Below are positions 10,787 through 21,168 of a DNA stretch of 64,000 nucleotides, piece after piece. Where the stretch lies: NCBI GenBank assembly GCA_045628045.1, contig JAZQOV010000007.1:1-64000 (forward strand). The letters run 5' to 3'. A model generated the notes under the pieces. It had not been told where the DNA came from. It ran no database searches and saw nothing but the letters and a program-made list of their open reading frames with translations. Every line of letters begins with the position of its first letter. Position 1 is the stretch's first letter. The translations under genes were made by a program, and so were the position numbers. Origin of the DNA: Bacilli bacterium. Its GTDB lineage: Bacteria; Bacillota_I; Bacilli_A; RFN20; CAG-826.

Positions 10787-10810
10787 AAAACCCGATTCGT
10801 CGGGTTTTTT
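10787..10810 (+). terminator. Intrinsic terminator after rplS
   Basis: AAAACCCGA-TTCG-TCGGGTTTTTT. Confidence 0.8.
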
Positions 10811-10883
10811 CTTTACTTAATATTTAGAAATTTGAAAACTTTGTTTTGTTGAAGCCTAAAACCTACAGGCGTATAATGAAAGC

Positions 10884-11582
10884 ATGGCAAAAGAAAAGAA
10901 ACAAAAAAGATCATCTAAGAAATCAACAGTTGTAGATATTGTTTTGACTGTCTTTTGTTTTTGCTTACTCTGTTTGTCATGTGTTTTCTTTTACCAAAAT
11001 GTTTATTTGGAAAAGTTCTATGTGAGTGGTCAATCTATGTGGCCTACTCTTAATGAGTATGCACTTGATCAAAACGGAAAATTATTTGGCCAAGATGGAA
11101 GAGATAAATCTGGCGAGGTTGGCACTAAAGTTGAAGTTGGAGTTATGGACACTCATAAGAGTGCTAAAAAGAAAATTAAACGTTTTGATATTGTAACTAC
11201 TTACTACAATGACAATGACACATACTTCAAAATTAAACGCATTATTGGATTACCAGGTGAAACATTAAGATTCACCGAAACAGGTGATTTATATATTAAT
11301 GATAGCTTTGTTGAACAACCAATTAATAGCGAAGTTGTGGCAAGCGGAACTTATACAACAGAAGAAGTTAAATTAGCAGACGATGAATATTTTGTTTGCG
11401 GAGATAACCGTAAAGGAAGTAACTCTGGTGATTCTAGAACCAACGGAAATATAAAGAAAAGATGGATCGTCGGAAGAGTTGTTGCAATTTACGGAATTGG
11501 AATCGTTTCTGAAAGAAACGGTGAAAAAGATGTCAGAAATAGAGACATTGATTATTATAAATGGCCGAGGTTTATGATATGA
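10884..11582 (+). CDS. lepB: Signal peptidase I
   Basis: N-terminal TM helix, GQSMWPTL (Ser), IKRIIGLPGE (Lys), GDNR..DSR. Confidence 0.92.
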   Translation: MAKEKKQKRSSKKSTVVDIVLTVFCFCLLCLSCVFFYQNVYLEKFYVSGQSMWPTLNEYALDQNGKLFGQDGRDKSGEVGTKVEVGVMDTHKSAKKKIKRFDIVTTYYNDNDTYFKIKRIIGLPGETLRFTETGDLYINDSFVEQPINSEVVASGTYTTEEVKLADDEYFVCGDNRKGSNSGDSRTNGNIKKRWIVGRVVAIYGIGIVSERNGEKDVRNRDIDYYKWPRFMI

Positions 11583-12421
11583 AGCAAATCCACTGGTATC
11601 CAGGCCACATGAAAAAAGCTCAAATTGAAGTTCAAGACAAGCTTAAAGTTGTTGATGTTATTGTCGAACTTTTAGATGCAAGAATTCCAGTTTCTTCTAG
11701 AAACAATGTGCTTTACAAAATGACTAAAGATAAAACACGTTTGGTCGTTTTAACAAAGACTGATTTAGCAGATAAAAGTGAAACAAAAAAGTGGCTTGAC
11801 CATTTTAAAAATGAAGGTTTTTCTGCTATCTTTGCAGACTTAAATAAGCAAAATGATATTAAAAATATCATAAAAGCAGTAGAAGACCTTGGCGAAACTA
11901 AGAAACAAAAATGTATCGCGAAAGGAATGAAACCTCAGCCTGTACGCGCAATGATTATAGGAATTCCAAATGTTGGAAAATCCACTTTAATCAATAAAAT
12001 TTCAGGTCGTCATGCAGCCTCAGTTCAAAATAAACCAGCACACACCAAAGCTCAACAATGGATCAAAGTCTCTAATAAGTTTGAGTTATTAGATACTCCA
12101 GGGATTTTGCCACCTTCATATGAAGATGTTAAAGATGCAGTTAATCTCGCGTTGGTGGGTTCAATTAATTCTGAAATTCTTCCAAATGAAGATTTAGCAA
12201 GAATTGCTTTTAACTTCCTTAAGGAAAATTATAAAGACGAACTTCTTAAACGTTTTGATTATTTAAATTTAAATGATGAATTTGTAACATCCTTTGAAAA
12301 AATAGCCGAAAAACGCGGTTATTTAACAAAGGGTGGTAAAGATATCGAAAAAGCATACAAGGTCTTCTTAAACGAGTTAAAAAACGGCTTAATAGGCCAA
12401 ATTACTTTTGAAAGAATCTAA
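11579..12421 (+). CDS. rbgA: Ribosome biogenesis GTPase RbgA (YlqF)
   Basis: WYPGHM, DARIP, GIPNVGKS, LLDTPG; start set at the ATGA overlap with the lepB stop. Confidence 0.95.
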   Translation: MKQIHWYPGHMKKAQIEVQDKLKVVDVIVELLDARIPVSSRNNVLYKMTKDKTRLVVLTKTDLADKSETKKWLDHFKNEGFSAIFADLNKQNDIKNIIKAVEDLGETKKQKCIAKGMKPQPVRAMIIGIPNVGKSTLINKISGRHAASVQNKPAHTKAQQWIKVSNKFELLDTPGILPPSYEDVKDAVNLALVGSINSEILPNEDLARIAFNFLKENYKDELLKRFDYLNLNDEFVTSFEKIAEKRGYLTKGGKDIEKAYKVFLNELKNGLIGQITFERI

Positions 12422-12422
12422 C

Positions 12423-13052
12423 ATGGCGCTTAATTATCAAGATCAATTTTACTCAAAAAAGATAAAAGTTATTGTTGGTGTAGATGAAGCTGGACGAGGT
12501 CCTCTCGCAGGCCCTGTGGTCGCGGCCGCCTGTGTTTTTTCGCGCGCGTATATAAATAAAGAAATAAACGACTCGAAACAACTTAGTGAAAAGAAAAGAG
12601 AAGAACTTTTTGAAGTTATCAAGAAAGACGCAATTGCCTATGGAGTTGGAATTGTCTCAGCAGAAGAAATAGACAAAATTAATATTTATGAAGCCACAAA
12701 GAAGGCAATGACTGAAGCAATTAATAATTTAAAAGTAAAATTTGATCTAATTCTTACTGATGCAATGCCTTTAAAAGGTTTTGATGTGGAAGTGGTGCCA
12801 ATTATTAAAGGTGATGCTAAGGCTTTGCCTATTGCAGCCGCAAGCATTATTGCAAAGGTAACGCGTGATCACATGATGGATGAACTTGCGAAGAAATATC
12901 CTGAATATCATTTTGATGAACATAAAGGCTATGGAACCGCAAAACACATGGAAGCCTTAAAGAAATTTGGGCCAATAAAAGGTGTTCATAGATATTCATA
13001 TAAACCTGTTGCTAAAATTGAACTACAGGAAATAAACCTTTTCGAAATGTGA
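12423..13052 (+). CDS. rnhB: Ribonuclease HII
   Basis: GVDEAGRGPLAGPVVAAA, DSKQL, IAAASIIAKVTRD, HKGYGT. Confidence 0.96.
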   Translation: MALNYQDQFYSKKIKVIVGVDEAGRGPLAGPVVAAACVFSRAYINKEINDSKQLSEKKREELFEVIKKDAIAYGVGIVSAEEIDKINIYEATKKAMTEAINNLKVKFDLILTDAMPLKGFDVEVVPIIKGDAKALPIAAASIIAKVTRDHMMDELAKKYPEYHFDEHKGYGTAKHMEALKKFGPIKGVHRYSYKPVAKIELQEINLFEM

Positions 13053-13134
13053 AAAAAGTGATTTACATTGTAAATCAAAAAAATAAATTAACAGTTTTGT
13101 AAAAATTTCTCGAATTAGTAAGTGAGGTATACTT

Positions 13135-13935
13135 ATGAAAGCACGAGAAATTTTATTATTTTATTCAATGATTTATAACGGCGATTGGAAAGCCATAAAT
13201 CAGCAATTACATGAACACTCTGATGAAGATCCTGATGAGAAAGAAATGAAGAAAGTTATTAAGGGTGTGAAGTCAAACTACATTACTTGTCTCGATGAAG
13301 AATATCCTGAGAGTTTAAAACAATCTAAGTTGCCGCCTTTTGTTCTTTACTATCATGGTGATATTTCTTTACTTAAGAAAGAACCGATGCTTGGAGTTGT
13401 TGGAACTAGAAAATGTAGTCCCTATGGAATAGAGCAAACAGAGAAACTTGTAGGCGAACTTTCCAATGACTTTGTCATTGTTTCTGGAATGGCGCTTGGC
13501 ATTGATGCGTGCGCACATCGAACCGCAATTAAAAGTGGTGGTCGTACAATTGCAGTTTTAGGATGTGGAATTAATCTTTGTTATTTAGACAAAAACTTAG
13601 ATATTTATGAAAATTGCAAAACTAAGAATCTTGTTATTTCCGAATTTCCTGACATGGTCCAACCTTCTACGACTACATTTCCGATCAGAAATAGAATAAT
13701 AGTGGGTCTATCTGATGTTTTGCTAATTCCTGAGGGTAAAATGAACTCCGGAACACAAGTCTCAGCATTTCTTATGGCGGAGAAAAACGGCAACGTATGT
13801 TGTGTACCAACCCGTAATGGTGAAGACTCACTTTGCAATCACTTAATTTCTAGTGGAGCTTACATCACAGAAACGGCTAATGATGTTTATGAAGTGGCTC
13901 ATGTTAGACCAAAGAGAAGCATTTTTGAAAAGTAA
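13135..13935 (+). CDS. dprA: DNA processing protein DprA
   Basis: VVGTR, VSGMALGIDACAH, FPIRNRII; upstream of topA. Confidence 0.93.
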   Translation: MKAREILLFYSMIYNGDWKAINQQLHEHSDEDPDEKEMKKVIKGVKSNYITCLDEEYPESLKQSKLPPFVLYYHGDISLLKKEPMLGVVGTRKCSPYGIEQTEKLVGELSNDFVIVSGMALGIDACAHRTAIKSGGRTIAVLGCGINLCYLDKNLDIYENCKTKNLVISEFPDMVQPSTTTFPIRNRIIVGLSDVLLIPEGKMNSGTQVSAFLMAEKNGNVCCVPTRNGEDSLCNHLISSGAYITETANDVYEVAHVRPKRSIFEK

Positions 13936-13980
13936 AAAAAGTTAAAGATAATATATATTTTCTTTAATATAAATATAGCT

Positions 13981-14009
13981 TTGACATTGCTAATTTTTGC
14001 ATCTATATT
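13981..14009 (+). promoter_or_regulatory. topA promoter
   Basis: TTGACA-17 nt-TATATT. Confidence 0.7.
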
Positions 14010-14020
14010 ATTGGACGTTT

Positions 14021-16087
14021 ATGAAGTTAGTTATTGTTGAGTCTCCAAACAAATGCCACACTATATCAAGGTACTTAGGTGAAGGTTATCAAGTATTGGC
14101 AACCGTTGGTCACTTAAGAGATCTTTCCACTAGTGGAAAGGGTGGATTTGGAGTTGATATTGATAACGGCTTCAAGCCAACTTATATTGTCTCCTCTTTA
14201 AAAAGAGGAACTGTTCAAGAATTAAAAGATGCAGCTAAAAAGGCTGATGATATTTATCTTGCAACCGACCCTGATCGTGAGGGTGAAGCTATTGCATGGC
14301 ATTTAACACAAATTTTAGGACTTGATCCAAAGACAACAAAGCGTCTTGAGTTCCACGAAATTACACGTGTTTCTATTAATAATGCTATTAAGCATCCAAG
14401 AGTTCTTGATATGAATTTAGTCGAGTCACAAGAAACTCGTCGAATCATGGACAGAATTATTGGTTTTAAACTTTCAAATGTTATTCAAAAAAAGATTAAA
14501 TCTCCATCTGCTGGTAGAGTTCAATCTGCAACACTTGAATTAATCTGTGATCACGATAAAGAAATTGCTGAATTTGTACCAGAACCTTACTGGTCATTAA
14601 ATATAGAATTAAAGAAGAATAACGCGAAAATAGTGGCAAATTTCCATAGTTTTTCGGATATTAAGAAAATTGAAGATGAAAAAATTAACGCCGATATTCT
14701 TAAAAAATTAGAGCTTGGAAAAGCTAAAGTTTTATCAGTTAAAAAGAGTGTTAAAACAGTTGAATCAAAACCTGCATTTACAACCTCAACACTTCAACAA
14801 GAAGCTTTCAATACTTATAAATTTTCAACAAAGAAAACCTCAAGTCTTGCACAACAACTTTACGAAGGTGTTCAAATTCGTGGAGAACATCAAGGCTTAA
14901 TTACATACATCCGTACTGACTCTACTTATCTTTCCGACACTTTCGTTGAACGTGCAGAAAGCTTTATTGAAAAGAAATTCGGTAAAGAATATTGTGGCAA
15001 GAGAAAAGTTGTCGCGGTAGCTGGCGCGCAAAATGCACACGAAGCTATTAGACCAACTTCAAATCACACAACTCCTGCCTCAATTAGAGATTATTTAACT
15101 CCTGATCAATATAAATTATATAAACTCATTTATGAAAGAGCTCTTGAGTCATTAATGGCTCCAAAGAAAGAAAGCGTTGTTGCTGTTACTTTCGATGTCG
15201 ATGGAGTTACTTTCAAAGTAGAAAGTTCAAGCGTAGTTTTTGATGGTTATACTAAACTTTCTGGAATTAGCGAAGATTCATATCAATTACCTCCAATGAA
15301 AGAAGGAGAAGAACTTGATATTAACAAAGTTAATAATGAAAAGAAATTTACAGAAGCTCCTGCAAGTTATACTGAAGCAAAAATCGTTAAATTAATGGAA
15401 GACAAAAAGATTGGTCGTCCATCTACATACGCATCAACGATCGCAACTCTATTAAAAAGAGAATATGTTGAGTCTAAATCTGGTTCAATTACAACAACTG
15501 AACAAGGCAAAAAGACCGGCATTGTTTTAAGAAAATATTTCCCAGATTTTGTTGATGTTAAATACACAGCACAAATGGAAGATAAACTTGACTTAATTCA
15601 AGATGGTCAAGTTACAAGGGTTGATGCATTAACTGAATTCTATTATCCATTTATTAAAAATGTTGAGGATGCATCAGCAAAAATGTATAAAGAAGACGAC
15701 GAACCAACAGGCAGAGTTTGTCCAAAATGTGGTGCACCTCTTGTTTACAAGAAATCTAAATATGGCAACTTTATTGGTTGTTCAAACTTCCCAACATGTT
15801 CTTATAGAGAAAAGGAACCAGAGCAGCTTGAATACACTGGTGAGAAATGTCCAAAATGTGGCAAACCTCTTGTCTATCGTGTAGGAAAAAAGAACAAAAA
15901 ATTTATTGCTTGTTCAGGTTACCCACAATGTAATTACATTAAAAAAGAAGAACCTGAAATTGTTCCAGTAAAGAAATGCCCAGAATGTGGTGGTGACTTA
16001 GTCGTTAGAGGCTATGGTAAGAAGAAATTCCTCGGCTGTGTCAACTATCCAAAATGTAAACACATTGAAAAATTATCAATTAAGTAA
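14021..16087 (+). CDS. topA: DNA topoisomerase I with three C-terminal zinc ribbons
   Basis: LVIVESP, ATDPDREGEAIAWH, SAGRVQS, ITYIRTDS, IGRPSTY, 3x CPxCG..CxxYPxC-type repeats. Confidence 0.97.
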   Translation: MKLVIVESPNKCHTISRYLGEGYQVLATVGHLRDLSTSGKGGFGVDIDNGFKPTYIVSSLKRGTVQELKDAAKKADDIYLATDPDREGEAIAWHLTQILGLDPKTTKRLEFHEITRVSINNAIKHPRVLDMNLVESQETRRIMDRIIGFKLSNVIQKKIKSPSAGRVQSATLELICDHDKEIAEFVPEPYWSLNIELKKNNAKIVANFHSFSDIKKIEDEKINADILKKLELGKAKVLSVKKSVKTVESKPAFTTSTLQQEAFNTYKFSTKKTSSLAQQLYEGVQIRGEHQGLITYIRTDSTYLSDTFVERAESFIEKKFGKEYCGKRKVVAVAGAQNAHEAIRPTSNHTTPASIRDYLTPDQYKLYKLIYERALESLMAPKKESVVAVTFDVDGVTFKVESSSVVFDGYTKLSGISEDSYQLPPMKEGEELDINKVNNEKKFTEAPASYTEAKIVKLMEDKKIGRPSTYASTIATLLKREYVESKSGSITTTEQGKKTGIVLRKYFPDFVDVKYTAQMEDKLDLIQDGQVTRVDALTEFYYPFIKNVEDASAKMYKEDDEPTGRVCPKCGAPLVYKKSKYGNFIGCSNFPTCSYREKEPEQLEYTGEKCPKCGKPLVYRVGKKNKKFIACSGYPQCNYIKKEEPEIVPVKKCPECGGDLVVRGYGKKKFLGCVNYPKCKHIEKLSIK

Positions 16088-16120
16088 GCAAATTGCTTAC
16101 TTTTTTGTTATAATAATTTT

Positions 16121-17407
16121 ATGAAGAAAATTAATGTTGTTGGTGGAGGACTTGCGGGCGTTGAAGCTTGTTACTTTTTCTTAAAAAGAAATTACGAGGT
16201 TCATCTCTACGAAAAGCGTCCTTCTAAAATGACACCAGCACATGTTACTGGGAATTTTGGAGAACTTGTTTGCTCAAATTCACTTAAGTCAAATAAGCTT
16301 GATAATGCATGTGGTTTGCTTAAGGAAGAAATGAGACACATGGATTCTTTAACAATGAAAGTTGCATCAGAAACCGCAGTACCAAGTGGCAATGCATTAA
16401 GTGTAGATAGAGACGAGTTTTCCTCAAAAATCACAGGAATTCTCAAGGATTTTCCTAATTTAATCGTACACGAGGAAGAAATTTCAGACTTTCTAGATGG
16501 ACCTACAATTATTGCTACTGGACCATTAACAAGTGATGCTTTAGCGAAAAAATTAGCAGAAACAATTGGTCAAGAATCTTTATTCTTTTTTGATGCAAGT
16601 GCACCAATAGTTTTAAAAGACTCTATTAACATGAACATTGCTTATAAGAAGTCTCGTTATGATCAAGGCGATGATTCTTATATTAATTGCCCATTCTCTA
16701 TTGAAGAATATGAAAAGTTTTATGAAGAACTAATTCATGCTGAAGTAGCGATGGTGCATGATTTTGATAAAAATTATTTTGAAGGCTGTATGCCAATTGA
16801 AGTAATGGCAAAACGTGGCAAAGAAACTTTGCGCTTTGGTCCTATGAAACCTAAAGGTTTACAAGTAGAAGGTAGAGATAAATTTCACGCTGTTATTCAA
16901 TTAAGACAAGATAATTTAAATGGTGATTTATACAACATTGTTGGTTTTCAAACTAATTTAACTTATCCAGAACAAAAACGTGTTTTTCGAATGATTCCTG
17001 GACTCGAAAATGCCGAATTCGTGCGTTATGGATTAATGCATAGGAACACTTATATTTGTTCTCCATTAGCTCTTGCAGAAGACCTTAGTTTAAAGAAAAG
17101 AAACGATACATTTTTAGCAGGTCAATTAATTGGTGTTGAAGGTTATGTTGAATCTGCTGCAATGGGAATTTTAAGTGCCATTTTTGCGTATCAAAAATTA
17201 GAAGGAAAAGAGTTCTTAAAACCTTCAATTGAGACAATGATAGGCTCACTTTACAACTATGTTGTAAATGGCAATCCTGAGACCTTTCAACCAATGAACG
17301 CTAACTTTGGAATTTTATATAATTCAAACAGACATAATAGAGAAGAATCTATTGAACGTTCTTTAAAAAATATTGATGAATTTTGGGCTAAAATTAATGA
17401 CAAATAA
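16121..17407 (+). CDS. trmFO: Folate-dependent tRNA m5U54 methyltransferase TrmFO
   Basis: GGGLAG, ELVCSNS, FEGCMPIE, VGFQTNL, MHRNTY, GVEGYVES. Confidence 0.96.
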   Translation: MKKINVVGGGLAGVEACYFFLKRNYEVHLYEKRPSKMTPAHVTGNFGELVCSNSLKSNKLDNACGLLKEEMRHMDSLTMKVASETAVPSGNALSVDRDEFSSKITGILKDFPNLIVHEEEISDFLDGPTIIATGPLTSDALAKKLAETIGQESLFFFDASAPIVLKDSINMNIAYKKSRYDQGDDSYINCPFSIEEYEKFYEELIHAEVAMVHDFDKNYFEGCMPIEVMAKRGKETLRFGPMKPKGLQVEGRDKFHAVIQLRQDNLNGDLYNIVGFQTNLTYPEQKRVFRMIPGLENAEFVRYGLMHRNTYICSPLALAEDLSLKKRNDTFLAGQLIGVEGYVESAAMGILSAIFAYQKLEGKEFLKPSIETMIGSLYNYVVNGNPETFQPMNANFGILYNSNRHNREESIERSLKNIDEFWAKINDK

Positions 17408-18275
17408 AGAGCAATTTTTTAAGCATCTTAAGTTTGATTTAAATTATTCGGATCAGACAATCAAATCTTATGGTCAAGACATAGACAGTTTTGAAGAATT
17501 TTTAAAATTTGTAAATCTTAGTATTGAACAAGCAAACACTCAAACAATTAGAGATTATCTTTCAAAAGAAATAGAAGAAGGAAAATCAAAAGTAACTTGT
17601 TGTAGAAGAATTTCCGCACTTAGACATTATTTTGAATTTTTAGTGAGAATAAATGTTTTATCTACAAATCCTTTTCTTCTTATAAATTCTCCAAAGAAGG
17701 AAATACGTTATCCTGAAGCACTTTACCTAGAGCAAATTGAGGAACTTTTTAAGAAGAATAGAGAAAGAACTGATGAATTAAAATTAAGAGATCAAGCCAT
17801 CATTGAACTCCTTTATGCATCAGGTCTAAGAGTGAGCGAACTTGTTAATATAAAACTAAGCCAAATTGACATAAAAAATCGTGTCATAAGAATCATGGGA
17901 AAAGGTAGAAAAGAACGCCTTGTAATGTTCTCAAAATCTTGCCAAAGTACTTTGTTAGACTATTTAAATAGTCTCTCTTTAACAACTAATGATTATTTAT
18001 TCTCAAATGCTAAGGGTGATCAACTTACAACTCGAGGCGTTGAATACATCTTAAAAAAGATAGAAGAAAAAACCGGAATTTTTATTGGTTTACATCCGCA
18101 TTTATTTAGGCATACTTTTGCTACACATCTACTTGAGGGCGGTGCAGATTTGAGGGTAATCCAGGACCTACTTGGGCACGAATCTATAAACACAACGCAG
18201 GTTTATACACATGTAACTCCTGAGGCAATGAAAAATCAATTTTTAATGTCTCATCCGAGGGCAAAAAAGAAATAA
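17397..18275 (+). CDS. xerC: Tyrosine recombinase XerC-like (chromosomal)
   Basis: GLRVSEL, GKGRKER, HPHLFRHTFATH, LLGH, TQVYTH; canonical topA-trmFO-xerC synteny. Confidence 0.9.
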   Translation: MTNKEQFFKHLKFDLNYSDQTIKSYGQDIDSFEEFLKFVNLSIEQANTQTIRDYLSKEIEEGKSKVTCCRRISALRHYFEFLVRINVLSTNPFLLINSPKKEIRYPEALYLEQIEELFKKNRERTDELKLRDQAIIELLYASGLRVSELVNIKLSQIDIKNRVIRIMGKGRKERLVMFSKSCQSTLLDYLNSLSLTTNDYLFSNAKGDQLTTRGVEYILKKIEEKTGIFIGLHPHLFRHTFATHLLEGGADLRVIQDLLGHESINTTQVYTHVTPEAMKNQFLMSHPRAKKK

Positions 18276-18361
18276 AATTCATATAGTTTATAAAAACTAT
18301 TTGAGTTATTAGAATTAGAGTGATATTATTTAGACACTCTTTTTCTTTAGAAAGAGAGAAT

Positions 18362-18446
18362 ACACACACTATGGATTCAATTTCCGAGTCCGGTGACCAA
18401 GGGGTCGTATTCCGGGGAAATCGTTAGAAGTAGTGGAGGCAAAACG
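18362..18446 (+). ncRNA. rpsB 5' leader (S2 autoregulatory / t44-like RNA)
   Basis: ACACACAC ... GGTG ... GTGGAGGCAAAAC, the conserved ends of the rpsB leader. Confidence 0.7.
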
Positions 18447-18462
18447 AATGGAGGCCAAAAGT

Positions 18463-19569
18463 ATGGCAGAAGAAAAGAAAGTTGAAGCAGCAGTTGCAGA
18501 AGCACCAGCTGCAGAAGCAAACGTCATGGAAATGGTAATGCATGACGAAAATGCACCAGTCATTACCGTAAGAAAACTTCTTGATGGTGGAGTTCACTTT
18601 GGACATCACACAAGAAAATGGAATCCAAAAATGAGCAAATACATTTATGGTGCTCGTAATGGAATCTACCTAATTGACTTAGTCAAATCAGCAGAATGCG
18701 TTAAGGAAGCATATGCTGCCCTCAAGAAAATCGTTGATGAAAACGGTAAAGTCTTATTTGTTGGTGTTAAACCACAAGCTAAGGCACTTGTTGAAGCAGA
18801 AGCTCTCCGTAGCGGATCATTCTACATCACAAATAGATGGTTAGGTGGTACTTTAACCAACTTCAAGACAATTCAATCAAGAATTCGTCGTTTAAAAGAA
18901 CTCGAAACAATGGAAATTGACGGTTCTTATGACAATCTTTCAAAGAAAGAAGTTGCTCTTTTAAAGAAAGAACAAGACAAACTCGCAAAGAACCTTTCTG
19001 GTATTAAAGAAATGAGAAAGATTCCAAATGCAGTCTTCGTTTGTGATCCAATGACAGAACACAACGCAGTTGCAGAAGCACGCAAATTACACATTCCAGT
19101 ATTTGGTATTTGTGATACAAATACAGATCCAGATATGGTTGATTATGTTATCCCAGGAAACGATGATGCACTTCGTTCACTTACAGTTTTAGTTAAAGTA
19201 ATGGCAGATGCTATTGTTGAATCAAAAGGTGGCGTTACAGAAGTTGCTTATATTAAAGATGAACTTGAAGAAGCAACAATGAAAGATGCAGTTAGATTAG
19301 CAGATAAAGAAAATGCTGAAAGAATTGCAGCAATCCGTAAAGCTCGTGCAGAAAAACAAGAAAGATTAGAAAAAATCCAAGCTCTTCGTAAACAAAGAGA
19401 AGAAGCTCGTAAAAATCCTGAAGCAAAACCAGAAGCAGCAGAAGAAAAACCAGCTGAAGAAGTAAAAGCAGAAGCAGCTCCAGAAGAAAAACCAGCTGAA
19501 GAAGCAAAACCAGCAGCAAAGAAACCAGCTGCTAAAAAAGCTCCAGCAAAGAAAGCTGAGGAAAAATAA
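18463..19569 (+). CDS. rpsB: 30S ribosomal protein S2 with N- and C-terminal extensions
   Basis: GVHFGH..WNPKM, RWLGGTLTN, DTNTDPD, PGNDDA; start chosen after GGAGG at 18450. Confidence 0.96.
   Translation: MAEEKKVEAAVAEAPAAEANVMEMVMHDENAPVITVRKLLDGGVHFGHHTRKWNPKMSKYIYGARNGIYLIDLVKSAECVKEAYAALKKIVDENGKVLFVGVKPQAKALVEAEALRSGSFYITNRWLGGTLTNFKTIQSRIRRLKELETMEIDGSYDNLSKKEVALLKKEQDKLAKNLSGIKEMRKIPNAVFVCDPMTEHNAVAEARKLHIPVFGICDTNTDPDMVDYVIPGNDDALRSLTVLVKVMADAIVESKGGVTEVAYIKDELEEATMKDAVRLADKENAERIAAIRKARAEKQERLEKIQALRKQREEARKNPEAKPEAAEEKPAEEVKAEAAPEEKPAEEAKPAAKKPAAKKAPAKKAEEK
19415..19566 (+). repeat. Low-complexity coding repeats in the S2 tail
   Basis: GAAGAAAAACCAGCTGAAGAAG occurs twice; PAAKK/PAKK repeats. 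Confidence 0.7.
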
Positions 19570-19571
19570 TC

Positions 19572-20438
19572 ATGGCAAGCATGATCGAACTCATTAAAGA
19601 ATTACGCGATCGTACTGGCGCAGGCATGATGGACTGCAAAAAGGCTCTTGAAGCCACTGGTTCAGATGTCGATAAAGCAATCGATTGGTTAAGAGAAAAA
19701 GGAATTGCTAAAGCTCAAGCAAAATCATCAAGAATTGCTGCTGAAGGTTTAGCAGGCGTCGTCATTAAAGGCGACAAAGCAATCATTGTTGAAGTTAACT
19801 GTGAAACTGACTTCGTCGCAAAAGGCGAAAGATTCCAAAAACTTGTCAATGATGCTGCAGAAGCAACTTTAGCCAAAGGCTATGCTTCAATTGAAGAAGC
19901 AAAAACTGGTGTTGCACAATTATTTACTGATGCAACAGTTGCTATGGGTGAAAAACTCGATTATAGACGTTTCGAAATCGTTAGCAAAAATGCAGGTGAA
20001 GGCTTTGGTTCATATCTCCACATGGGTGGTAAGATTGGTACCATTGTTGTTCTTGAAAAAGATGATGCTGAACTTGCAAAAGGTTTAGCAATGCACATTG
20101 CAGCTAACGCACCAAAATACGTTTCAGATGCTGATATTCCAGCAGATGTTATTGCTCACGAAAAAGGAATTTTCCTCCAACAAATTAAGGAAGATCCAAA
20201 GTTTGCTGGTAAACCAGAACAAATGATCAATGGTATTGTTGATGGAAAAGTTAAGAAATTGCTTTCAGAATCAGTCCTTGGTTCACAAGTATTCTTAATT
20301 GATGGTGAAAAAACAGTTGCCGCTGTCTTAAAAGAAAAAGGCAATAATGTTAAAGCTTTCGTTAGATTCGCTGTTGGCGAAGGTATCGAAAAGCGTAAAG
20401 ATGACTTTGCTGCAGAAGTAATGTCACAATGTAAATAA
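19572..20438 (+). CDS. tsf: Elongation factor Ts
   Basis: LRDRTGAGMMDCKKAL, EVNCETDFVA, AMHIAA. Confidence 0.97.
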   Translation: MASMIELIKELRDRTGAGMMDCKKALEATGSDVDKAIDWLREKGIAKAQAKSSRIAAEGLAGVVIKGDKAIIVEVNCETDFVAKGERFQKLVNDAAEATLAKGYASIEEAKTGVAQLFTDATVAMGEKLDYRRFEIVSKNAGEGFGSYLHMGGKIGTIVVLEKDDAELAKGLAMHIAANAPKYVSDADIPADVIAHEKGIFLQQIKEDPKFAGKPEQMINGIVDGKVKKLLSESVLGSQVFLIDGEKTVAAVLKEKGNNVKAFVRFAVGEGIEKRKDDFAAEVMSQCK

Positions 20439-20452
20439 TTGGAAGGAGCCTT

Positions 20453-21163
20453 ATGTACTCAAGAATCTTAGTTAAACTCTCTGGAGAAGCACTCTCTGGA
20501 AACGGTAAAAACGGAATCCTTGATACGGAGGCTCTTTTAAATACTGCTAAAGCAATTAAAAGTATTGCTGAAACAGGATCGGAAGTTTCTATCGTAATCG
20601 GCGCAGGTAATATTGCCCGTGGCTCAATTATTGAGAAAACAGGCATTGATAGAGTAAGCGGCGATTCAATGGGAATGCTTGGCACAGTTATCAACTGTAT
20701 TGCCTTAAAAGAAGCTTTAGTGAATCTTGGACAAAAAGCGGTAGTTTTATCTGCTGTTAATGTCACTTTCGTTGAAACTTATTCCCCAGAACTTGCCGAT
20801 AAATATTTGAAGGAAAAATATGTTGTTTTGTTTGGTGCGGGAACTGGAAAACCATTCTTCACTACAGACACATGTGCAACACTCCGTGCTATTGAAATTA
20901 AAGCAGATGCTATTTTAATAGCAAAAAATGGAGTTGATGGAATTTATTCCGATAATCCATTAATTAATAAAGACGCTTATATGTTTAAAGAAATTACTTG
21001 TTCTGAAATCATTAAACGAGACTTAAAAATTATGGATTTAAGTGCTGTTGAAATGCTAAAAGACAAAGATATTGATGTTCGTGTATTTAACATGAATAAT
21101 ACTGATAATTTTGCCAAAGTAGCAAGAGGCGAAGACATCGGAACAACTATCAAGAAAGGATAA
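20453..21163 (+). CDS. pyrH: UMP kinase
   Basis: KLSGEAL, MGMLGTVIN, PFFTTDT. Confidence 0.95.
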   Translation: MYSRILVKLSGEALSGNGKNGILDTEALLNTAKAIKSIAETGSEVSIVIGAGNIARGSIIEKTGIDRVSGDSMGMLGTVINCIALKEALVNLGQKAVVLSAVNVTFVETYSPELADKYLKEKYVVLFGAGTGKPFFTTDTCATLRAIEIKADAILIAKNGVDGIYSDNPLINKDAYMFKEITCSEIIKRDLKIMDLSAVEMLKDKDIDVRVFNMNNTDNFAKVARGEDIGTTIKKG

Positions 21164-21168
21164 CAAAA

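Noticed and set aside
17397-18275. Tyrosine recombinase as a mobile-element integrase
   Set aside because: Canonical topA-trmFO-xerC housekeeping context; no att sites or cargo.
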